A stretch of DNA of 64,000 bases from Balanoglossus misakiensis. Its lineage: Eukaryota; Animalia; Hemichordata. The position numbers were made by a program, and so were the translations under genes. The stretch lies in assembly GCA_040954595.2 (NCBI GenBank), contig CM082577.2, positions 12,123,654 to 12,187,653 on the forward strand. The letters are read 5' to 3'. This document shows, piece after piece, positions 25,647-36,707 of the stretch. The first letter of the stretch is position 1. Every line of letters begins with the position of its first letter. The notes under the pieces were generated by a model, which was not told the DNA's origin, did no database searches, and saw only the letters and a list, made by a program, of their open reading frames with translations.

Positions 25647-28600
25647 TGTATCCAACAGAATCTAACCAGTTCGCTGAAACCACAACTGTCTCTTGTCTCT
25701 TGGTAAAGATTTGACACCATCGCGACTAGCCTCTCCAGCTCCAGAGGGCGCCGTTAATGACCTTTGACATTCAAGGACGTATGTACGGCGAGTATCTGAC
25801 AAAACGCGAGTATCTGAGTCCGAGTTACACGAGGCAACTCGGCAGGCAACTCGACGCGCAACCCGAGTTGCTCGGAGTGTTGCCTCGTGTGTATGATGTA
25901 GTCGCGTCGCTGGAACACGTCTGGCGACGTCGCCTCGAAATCCGTCATGTCGGATTTTCGGGCGACGAGTTGCCTGACGCGCAAGCTGTTGCCCCTCGTT
26001 ACCACTTTGCCTCGAATAAATTTTGACATCTGCACATGCAAAATTGGTGTTAATTTGTTATTTTAGGCTGCATTCACAAACACCTCTGGAGGGGGGGGGG
26101 GCGGGAGAATTCAATTTTTTTTACCGCTAATTTTCACATGCCCCCCTTCCGAACTGCCAATATTTTCAAATCCCCTCCTTCCGAACTGCCAAAATTTTGA
26201 AATCCCCCCCCCCCATTTTCTTTCACAGAGCAAAACACATCACCTATCTATCTTGTAAAAAGAAAAACAGCGCTCCCATGAAAAGAATTTGAAACTGATG
26301 TTTCCCCTCATCAGTGGGTATTAAAACTGAACATTGTTTTTATTTTTTAAGTACATATATTTGTATTCTGTGTTGGGAGACATTATAAACCGAGAATTGA
26401 AGGGGGTGGGTTTGGGAGGGGGTGTCCCCCTCCCACGTAAGAAAATTTTCTAAAATACAGAGCTCAAAGCTGCATTTTAATGAACCCGGCAAAAACAAAT
26501 TAACTCAACTACCGGTATGTTGGGGAGGACAAATTTAACCGTCGCCGCTCAAAGTTATCATGGGGTGGGGCAAGTCCCCTGACCTGGGACACTAGATAAA
26601 CCAGTCAATGATTGAAAGGTGTTGAAGAATGGAGGGGTGGGTGTGGGAGGGGGTGTCCCCCTCCCACATTAGAAAATTTTGTAAAATAAAGGGCGCGAAA
26701 CTGCATTTTTGTGGACTCAAAATAAATATTTAGTCGTTAAAGTTTTCAAGTCCCCCCCTTTCAGTCCCTAAATTATTTCAAATCCCCCCCCTTACATACC
26801 CTCAATTTTTTCAAATCCCCCCCCCCCCCTCAATTCTCCTGCCCCCCCCCCCCCCTCCAGAGGTGTTTGTGAATGCAGCCTTACGAACCAGAAACTGCAG
26901 ACTGTAGACCTGTACACTTCCGGAAATATTGGGGAATAAGTATTTGCTATGAAATCGGATTTTTGTATGTATTTATAGTTCAATATTTCCATATAAACTC
27001 ACGTTTTGTTAAAGAAACTTTCAACTAATTATCTTGCCAGTGATGATATGAAAATAAACCATATTCAGTTTCGCGAAAATGGTTATGATGATTGACTCGA
27101 CATTGATTGCATTTCTGATTTTTGGGGTACCGCAACCAAATATCGTAACCGAATTTCAGAATAATAAAACGCCAGCTTATGATTATCGCCCACAGTTCAA
27201 GAGTTCTTACACAACCAGTGTACATCATATATCTTTTTGGGCAAAACACGTGTCTATTTCGCCCGGTCATATCAACTTATAAATACAAGTATAGTTCTAT
27301 TTGTATAATTTTACATACAAACAAATCTTTCAATCAATATATTTCTTCTTAAAAATATACTTCGTTATTCTACAATGAAAAGTCTCACTTGCTTTGTTAT
27401 TACTTTCACTGTATTTCGAAACACGAATTTTGATATTATCTATAACGTTTTTACAGATTGGCACGACTTTTGGCTCCGCATTTTTCACACATTTATATGA
27501 TGTGCAGTTTGATAATTCAGTAATCTTAATGTTAAATTGCGCAACTTTCTTCAATTTCCCCCATAATCTACTCCCCTGTCTTACAAGGATTTAAACTCGC
27601 CGGTTGATCTTTTATAAAAAAAATAATACCTGGTTTCAAGTACATTTTATATAAAATTAAATTAAACTTAAGTTACTCCTGTTCTATTAAAAAATATTAA
27701 GTAACGTTTAAATTTTGTCTAATTTGGTATCACGATTAAAAAATCCGTATTCATCAATTAAATTAAGCACCCAAGCTAGTTTTTTTTCTTTTAATACTGA
27801 TATAGACTTGCATATCACCTGCTAACTGAGAACAAAAAATGTTTTTATTGATGAGGATACTGTTGAAGTGCGATACTAGTTAGTTTATTATGTCAATAGT
27901 AATACATGGTGGAGAAAGTATACGTATTGTATGCAGTTGAAATTCGCAAACTTTTTGTTGTTGTTTTTTCAAGAAAAAATACTCGGTCAGATGACCAGGT
28001 TGATCAGCTAAATGACAAGAATAATATATGCACGCTGTTGCCAGAATAACCACCAGGCGCCGTCAATGACCTTTGGCTTTTCAGAGACGCGGTGCAAGAC
28101 CTCTTGACCGCGTCTCTGAAAAGCCAAAGGTCATTGAGGGCGCCCTCTTGAGAGGCAACCCGTGTAACTGTTCGCTGTAGCGTCGCGACTGGCGTTGCGC
28201 GTCGAGTTGCCTACCGAGTTGCCTCGTGTAACTATGATGTAGTCGCGTCGCTGGAACACGTCTGGCGACGTACGTCGCCTCGAAATCCGTCATGTCGGAT
28301 TTTCGGGCGACGAGTTGCCTGACGCGCAAGCGGTTGCCCCGCGTTACCACTTTGCCTCCAATAAATTTTTGTCATCTGCACATGCGAAAATGGTGTTTAT
28401 TTGTTATTTTACGAACCACGAACTACAGACTTTAGACCTGTAGACTTCCGAAAATATTGGGAAATAAGTATTTGCTATAAAATCGGATATGTGTGTATAT
28501 TTATACTATTACATTTCCATATAAACTCCAGTTTTGTTAAAGAATTCCGAAACTTTCAACTAATTATCTTGCCAGTGATGATATGAAAATAAACTACTAT

Positions 28601-30987
28601 TCAGCTCCGCGAAAATGGTTATGATATGATTGACTCGACAGATACCAGATATCGTAACCGAATTTCAGAATAAGAAAACGCCAGCTTATGATTATCGCCC
28701 ACAGTTCAAGAGTTCTTACCCTGCCAGCGTACATCATATATCTTTTTGGACAAAACACGTGTCTATTTTGCCCGGTCATATAAACTTATAAAGACATATA
28801 GAGTTATATTTGTATAATTTTACATACAAACAAATATTTCAATCAATATATTTCTTCTTTAAAAAATATACTTCGTTATTCTACAATGAAAAGTCCCACT
28901 TGCTTTGTTACTACTTTCACTGTATTTCGAAACGTGGATTTTGTTTATTATCGATAACGTTTTTACAGATTGGCACGACTTTTCGCTCCTCATTTTTCAC
29001 ACATTTGTATGATGTGCAGTTTGATAATTCAGTAATCTTAATGTTACATTGCGCAACTTTCTTCGATTTCCCCATAATCTACTCCCCTGTCTTGCAATGA
29101 TTTAAACTCACCGGCTGATCTTTTATAAAAAAAATATATATACCTGGTTTCAAGTACATTTTAAATAAAATAGGTCAATGTTTTTGTAATTAAACTTAAG
29201 TAACTCCTTTTTTATTAAAACAATATTTAGTAACGTTTAAATTTTGTCCAATTTAGTAGTCGATTAACAATTCCCTATACATCTGATTCATTTAAATTAA
29301 GCACCCAAGCTAGTATTTTTTCTTTACTGATATAGACTTGCATATCACCTGCTAACTGAGAAAAATACGTTTTTATTGATGAGGATACTGTTGAAGTGCA
29401 ATATTAGTTAGAGGCGAGTAAGGCAGTCATTGTATCCAACAGAATCTAACCAGTTCGCTGAAACCACAACTGTCTCTTGTCTCTTGTCTCACCATCGCGA
29501 CTAGCCTCTCCAGCTCCAGAGGGCGCCGTTAATGACCTTTGACATTCAAGGACGTATGTACGGCGAGTATCTGACAAAACGCGAGTATCTGAGTCCGAGT
29601 TACACGAGGCAACTCGGCAGGCAACTCGACGCGCAACCCGAGTTGCTCGGAGTGTTGCCTCGTGTGTATGATGTAGTCGCGTCGCTGGAACACGTCTGGC
29701 GACGTCGCCTCGAAATCCGTCATGTCGGATTTTCGGGCGACGAGTTGCCTGACGCGCAAGCGGTTGCCCCGCGTTACCACTTTGCCTCGAATAAATTTTT
29801 GACATCTGCACATGCGAAAATGGTTTTTATTTGTTATTTTACGAACCACGAACTACAGACTGTACTGTAGACTTCTGAAAATATTGGCGAATAAGTATTT
29901 GCTATGAAATCGGATATTTGTATGTATTTATCGTTTAAATATTTCCAATGGATATATAAACTCAAGTTTTTTAAAAAACTTTCAACTAATTATCTTGCCA
30001 GTGATGTTATGAAAATAAACTACTATTCAGATCCGCGAAAACGGTTATGATGATTGATTCGACATTGATTGCGTTTCCGATTTTTGGGGTACTGTAACCA
30101 GATATATCGTAACCAAATTTCAGAATAATAATAACGCCAGCTTATGATTATCGCCCATAGTTCAAGAGTTCTTACGCAACCAGTGTACATCATATATCTT
30201 TTTGGGCAAAACACGTGTCTATTTCGCCCGGTCATATCAACTTATAAATATATATTTCTATTTGTATAATTTTACATACAAACAAATCTTTCAATCAATA
30301 TATTTTTTCTTTAAAAAATATACTTCGTTATTCTACATTGAAAAGTTCCACTTGCTTTGTTATTACTTTCAATGTATTTCGAAACGTGGATTTTGTTTAT
30401 TATCGATAACGTTTTTACAGATTGGCACGACTTTTCGCTCCTCATTTTTCACACATTTGTATATGATGTGCAGCTTCGATTTCCCCATAATCTACTCCCC
30501 TGTCTTGCAATGATTTAAACTCGCCGGCTGATCTTTTATAAAATATATATATATACCTGGTTTAAGTACATTTTAAATAAAAATAAGTCAATGTTTTTGT
30601 AATAAAACTTAAGTAACTCCTTCTTTTATTAAAACAATATTTAGTACCGTTTAAATTTTGTCCAATTTAGTAGTCGATTAACAATTCCCTATACATCATT
30701 AAATTAAGCACCCAAGCTAGTATTTTTTCTTTACTGATATAGACTTGCATATCACCTGCTAACTGAGAAAAAATACGTTTTTATTGATGAGGATAATGTT
30801 GAAGTGCAATATTAGTTAGTCTCTTATGTCAATATTAATACATAGTAGAGGCAGTATACGTATTGTATGCAGTCGAAATTCCCAAACTGTTATTTTTTTT
30901 CAAGAAAAAATACCTGGTCAGATGACCAGGTTTATCAGCTAATTGATAAGTATAATATATGCATGCTGTCCCCAGAATAACCACCAA
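25629..30987. repeat. Local triplication of a ~1.3-1.6 kb segment
   Basis: Copy 1 ~25629-28055 (contains the Harbinger insert), copy 2 ~28150-29411, copy 3 ~29413-30987. The copies are colinear with scattered substitutions and indels. Confidence 0.9.
26066..26880. mobile_element. PIF/Harbinger-type non-autonomous element, 815 bp, TTA TSD
   Basis: tta|GGCTGCATTCACAAACACCTCTGGAGGGG ... CCCCTCCAGAGGTGTTTGTGAATGCAGCC|tta. The paralogous copies at ~28400 and ~29830 show the empty site ttgttattttacgaacc, confirming a 3-bp duplication. Confidence 0.9.
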
Positions 30988-31800
30988 TATTTATGCATTG
31001 ATTGGATAAAGATCAATTTGAAGATCGGCTTTTGAGGCGGCTGCACATGCGCAGCCGCTGTTTACGCCCAAGTAGTTGCCAGTCGAGTCGCCCACCGTGT
31101 AAACTGTTCGATGTAGCGACGCGACTCGAGTAGCGCGTCGAGTTGCCTACCGAGTGGCCTACTGCGGTCCGGATCCGGACCGCAGAAGCACCAGTTTTTT
31201 CTATGGCGCCTTGCAGGGTCGTGGTGGAGGCCGTGTAACGCCGGGAACAAACAGACCTGTACGCAGGGTTACCTGCCGAGTTGCCAGCGCAATTCTTTAG
31301 TACCTCCATGGTATACACAACTGTTAAGTGTTTGTGTTTTATACAGTACACGGCGATGTTTGTTGTTCGGCGATCGCGCCTTTAGACATACATGTATAAA
31401 ACGAGAGAAGTTCGGAAACGATGCCACTTTTGACAGTGCACTGCATGTAGAGTTCAGAAGATGTTTTCACTCACTCAAAGGCAAAATTTAAACAATAAAT
31501 CGCCATCGATACCACCCCTCACATGTCAAAATTCATACCTGCTGTCCAATTTGTAGCGATATTTTGTGTCTTTTGGGGCGTTTTCTGAGGGGGCTACGCG
31601 TTATGTGTAATTGTGGGTGCACCGTGACTGATGAGAGGATTGATAATTTTAATTACGCAATTAATGCAATTTATCGTATTTTTTAAAAACTATATAGGCC
31701 ATTCTGTGATTTTGTAAATCATTTTCATTCGTGTGTTTTGACAGGCGAAGTAGGGTAGGGTTACAAGCATTGGTCATTTTTGTCAGATACTCGCCGTACA
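29557..31800. mobile_element. Non-autonomous TIR DNA element (~2.24 kb) with TG...CA ends and near-perfect 6-bp TSD
   Basis: Left TIR TGTACGGCGAGTATCTGACAAAA (29557-29579, also 25782-25804); the right TIR at 31778-31800 is its exact reverse complement. Flanks are GACGTA and GACATA. No transposase ORF. Confidence 0.7.
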
Positions 31801-32369
31801 GACATAGTAGTGTGTGTTGCTTATTAGCATAACAATTAACCTATCATTAATATTTGGAAGCGATCTGGCAAATGACGTGCCCGGAAAGCCGCTCCAGTCA
31901 CCAGTTTCCCTGCCCTTTTGTTATGAAAATCACGAACTTTTAAATATATAATCTCGATTCTCGGGTCTGCGCTATTTTTGAAGATTTCGCCTGAAAGATA
32001 GCGACCTAGACAGAGCGCTTATCGAAACCAAGCGACCATTTGATAGGGATTCCCCCAAAAGACATTCTATAATCGGATCATATGACTAAGCATGCAAAGT
32101 GTCCAACCGACCGAGCCGTTCTTGGACTCTGCCATTCTCTGGTGGGGATGGCCCGTTTGGTAGAATGAGAGTGGCGAGTCACCTGAATGGTCGTAGACAT
32201 TTATAAAAGAAAAAAACTGTAATTTATTTTGGAACAAAACGCTGGATTTTCTTAACAAAATTACTCTTTTTATTTTTTGGCCGTGAATGATCCGTGAATG
32301 TTATGTTTTCTCTTTTTAGTGCAGGTGAGCGACCGATCTCCATAAAACTTGACCCTAAACCCTACTAAC

Positions 32370-32785
32370 GAATACATGAGAAGTCCGGCGGCCAGTTTGC
32401 AAGTCGGCCAGCGCTCACAGTCGGCCAGTATTAGAAGTCGGCCTTGGTACTTTGGTACTTTGCGTTTTATAAATGTTTCACTACGAAATGTTTCCTTGAT
32501 GTACAGGAGCTGAGATATCTGTACAAATAGCCGACGAATTTTAAAAACTGTTCAAATCACTTCGCATGTACGCTAACAGTCACTTGCACTGAGCTGCGCT
32601 ATTGTGTTGTCAAGATTGTGTGTGTGGGGGGGGGGGGGACCGTCCAACTGAACATATTTAGTGCAATTATATTTTATTAAGCATTGTTATAAGTAATCTG
32701 GGTCATTACTGCACTATTCGGGTTCAAGTTCAACAACTGGCCGACTTCTCATACGCCGGCACTGGCCGACTTCTCCGGACACCCT
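32370..32785. mobile_element. MITE-like element with arrays of AAGTCGGCCAG subterminal repeats in inverted orientation
   Basis: aagtcggccag-like motifs repeat at 32380-32445 and ctggccgactt twice at 32737-32773; exact termini unclear. Confidence 0.5.
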
Positions 32786-35222
32786 ATTAACCTTAACCCA
32801 TAAAATCGTAAAATGTAATGTCATAAGTTGCAGCTCATGTGCCTTTAAATAATAAAATCCATAAACCACAATTATAAGCAGGCAATTCCAATAATTTTCA
32901 AGAGTAGGCGTGGTGAGGAGTGGATGTAGACAGCAGACACGCGTAAGCATAGTAAGCATTAGACTAGCCCACTAGTCGCTTGGTGATTTTTAAATCTCAA
33001 TACTTTTTATGTTTTCGGTGTTTTTTGTCTTAATAATTTCAATACTTTTTGCGTGCATGCTTGCCTTGAGCGTGTTTTTGCTAGTGAGGCGAGTTTCGAA
33101 TTTGGGAATGAGCTTGTGGTTTCGGGTAGCGCGCGCCGACGCGTTCCCTACACATAATGAAGCTCATAGACTTGGAGCAAGTCTGAGTAAGCATTTGAAA
33201 ATGGCGTGTTTGGTTTGCGCGTTGTCCCCACCAGAGAATGGTAGTGTCCAAGAAGCGCTCGGCTGGCACACTTTAGTCAAAATGATCCCTATAATCTAGT
33301 ATACTGTTGACAGTTACATGTAAACAACGCTGTCGCAATTCCTTGAAAAATGATGCGGACGCCTGGGAACGGGCACTTGAAAGTTATTACAACATTTTTG
33401 AAAGTATTGTCATTTTTAATGTGGATTTTTGGATTCTCCTTCGTATACATAATGAAAATCCGTAATAAAATATAGAGGTCACCGCGCTTTTTTTTTTTTA
33501 AAAACGAGCCATGAATTAAGTCGATAAAAAAAGAAAACTACAGACTCAGTATTTATCACGAATGGTTTGTCTATGGGGAAAATATTTAACGAAATATATC
33601 TCAAAATTGAGCGCGGTGACCATTCGATTTTACTGGACTGAATGAATGAATGAATTAATTTATCTTTACTTGACAGAGCTATCGTGAACTTTACAACAGT
33701 AGAAGTGGGTTTTCTAGCTACTCCCCGTGTAATCCTATGGAAAAAAGATGAACGCGCGTAGTTTTCCAGTTTAATCTGGTACTCACTGGATACCAAGTAC
33801 CCCTGCCATTGCAATAGGTGTTAATAGTATTTTCCCTTTGCATGCAAATATCCTTGGGTCGCCCCTTTTGTCTCGATAAAATAAATCGATACCGTGACAG
33901 CAGTGAACTGTAACCACCTGTATTTGTACAATAGTGTTTTTCCGAGTTGGACTGAAACACCAATGAGCGACGCGTTTCTCCGAATGCTGAAATATGCTCT
34001 ATGCGTTTTGGCGGTTGAATATATTTGAATATATTTTATTTGAACAAGACGTTCGAGAAACAAACCTCATTTTTTCACAGGGCGAGCTCCAAGCAACATC
34101 TTACAGAAGCGGATCTCTACGTGCCCGTGTCTCCAACCTGCTGCGATGCGCACTAAAGATAAGTTTTCCTTTTACATTTGACATGATTTACTGGTTAGGC
34201 CTAAATTATATGTATACTTTCAGCCCGGTTCAAATCCATTGTACTGCATTTTCTGTGTATTTTACCGGTATTTTCGGAAAGACACGCGCCTAAAATGTAC
34301 CACGGTTGGGTACAAACGATTTGTCCAACAGACATGTACACACGACGTTTTCGAATTTCGTTCTATGATTTGCATGATCGGTGTTTTTCAAAGAAAATAG
34401 GCTAAATCGATTGCAAAACGCGCCATAATTTCGCGATATTGGTAACCTTCACATGTAATTAAATGGGCCGACCGGTTTATAAATTAGCTGTCCATATGAG
34501 CCAGGATCTGACAGCCGACCTGCAGACTCAGGCAGTTCGCACATGCACCACATTGCACCAACCCACTAACCCTGTCTGGGGCTAGAGGTATGCTGCTAGA
34601 TACCTATGGGGGTCCAAATTCTCCTAAAATTTTCGGTAAGAACAGTTTTTTTGATGGGAAAGATAGGCGTTTGTCATTCACGCAAAAGTTTTTATCTGAC
34701 GCGCGAGATTTTAGTTAAATTATAGGTGACTTTGGCTATCTAAGTTGCATGTTATAAAACGGCACAGCAGTTCATAATTTTTATTCGGAAAGGTGGAAAG
34801 AAACTACATAGTTGCAAAACGCCGCAATTTCGCGATATCGGCCGTCCAGTTTACAAATTAGCTGTTTGAAACTTTTCTGAAATGATAGGTGTCTTTGGTA
34901 AACTAAGTTGCATGTTATGTATAAAATAATGACACGGTTGATCGTTTTTATTCGGAACAAATAAAGAAACTGCGTGGTTGCAAAAAGTCTTCGCGATATC
35001 GGTCGTCCAGTTTACAGATTAGCTGCTTGAAACTTTTTTTTAAAACACGTTCGAAGACAAGGATGCGCGCCCAGACCAGTTCCACCAATTCTCTCGGCAA
35101 TATCGCATAGGCCTAATTCACGAAGAAGACCCGCGCCCAAGCTTCTCTGAAATTCCGTTTTACGTTTCTCAACACCATTTCTTTTCTCCTTTCCCAGAAG
35201 AATATTTGAAAGTTTCATCCGT

Positions 35223-35887
35223 CCACACAAGTCTCTTTCTGCTTTCTCAATAGTCATCGTGTCTGAAGAGAAGACAACCAAACAGCAGATTGGCACCGAG
35301 CGAGCGAGCAGGAAGGGCACATCTTTGATGACCGGATCTCCAAACTGCAATATTTGTCCGACAGACACACTTCGTTTTCGTTCCATGATTTTCCTGCCAC
35401 ACAAGTCTCTTTCTGCTGTCATCGTGTCAGAAGAGAAGACAACCAAACAGCAGATTGGCACCGAGCGAGCGAGCAGGAAGGGCACATCTTTGATGACCGG
35501 ATCTCCAAACTTGCAACATTTGTCCGACAGACACACTTCGTTTTCGTTCAATGATTTTCCTGCCACACAAGTCTCTTTCTGCTGTCATCGTGTCAGAAGA
35601 GAAGACAACCAAACAGCAGATTGGCACCGAGCTAGCGAGCAGGAACGGCACATCTTTGATGACCGGATCCGGATTTCCAAACTGCAATATTTGTCCGACA
35701 GACACACTTCGTTTTCGTTCCATGATTTTCCTGCCACACAAGTCTCTTTCTGCTGTCATCGTGTCAGAAGAGAAGACAACCAAACAGCAGATTGGCACCG
35801 AGCGAGCGAGCAGGAAGGGCACATCTTTGATGACCGGATCTTCAAACTGCAATATTTGTCCGACAGACACACTTCATTTTCGTTCGT
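35223..35887 (+). repeat. Tandem repeat, ~165-170 bp unit, about 4 copies
   Basis: ccacacaagtctctttctgc recurs at ~35223, 35396, 35563 and 35734; the units are nearly identical. Confidence 0.92.
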
Positions 35888-36177
35888 GATTTTCGCGATT
35901 GGTGTTTTTTTTAACTGACCCTTGAAAGTGCAATATTTAAAGTTATAACGCGAACGCCCATAAGATCAATTTTTCATGGCCTTTACTTCATGCAAGAAGA
36001 AACCAACTTTGAAGTCAAGATACCAGTAAACCAGCCCATTCTCGCCATTCTCTTTCTGTCTTCTCAACAGCCAGATCCAGAAGATATTAAAGAGAAGGCA
36101 ACCAGATTTCGCCAAGGAAGGCCCACGCAAAAGTCATGTCGGAAGAAACGAAATTTGAAGTGAAGAAACCAGCAGTA

Positions 36178-36623
36178 AACCAGTCGCCATTGTAGGAGAA
36201 ATGGACTTTAAAGTGAAGACAAAGAGAATCCAGCCCACGGCCCACCACCACCACCCCACTCCACCAACCTCAACATTACATATTCTTATTTGGCATCTTG
36301 CCACATTATATTAAACAGTTTCTTTCTGCTTTCTCAACAGTTACTGTGTCAGGTGAAATCAAATTCAAGGAGGAGGCAATCAGAATCCAGTGCAATCTTC
36401 AAACCAGTCGCCATTGTAGGAGAAATGGACTTTAAAGTGAAGACAAAGAGAATCCAGCCCACGGCCCACCACCACCACCCCACTCCACCAACCTCAACAT
36501 TACATATTCTTATTTGGCATCTTGCCACATTTTATTAAACAGTTTCTTTCTGCTTTCTCAACAGTTACTGTGTCAGGTGAAATCAAATTTAAGGAGGAGG
36601 CAATCAGAATCCAATGCAATCTT
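36178..36623 (+). repeat. Tandem duplication, ~223 bp x2
   Basis: aaaccagtcgccattgtaggagaaatggac...gcaatcttc is present at 36178-36400 and 36401-36623. Confidence 0.9.
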
Positions 36624-36707
36624 CGACATATTATGCTACGCATCCGTCTTTATGGTCAATCCATCTTTCCACACATACTAATCAATTTCTTTGTGATTTC
36701 TCCACAG

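Noticed and set aside
25754-29870. Repeated ~90-120 aa ORFs (MTFDIQGR..., MVTRGNRL...) as a transposase or gene family
   Set aside because: They arise from the GC-rich end of the triplicated element, are open on both strands and contain no DDE or other recognisable motif.
35012-35918. 184-219 aa ORFs on both strands
   Set aside because: They are translations of the 165-bp tandem repeat, shift frame between units and show no recognisable domain.
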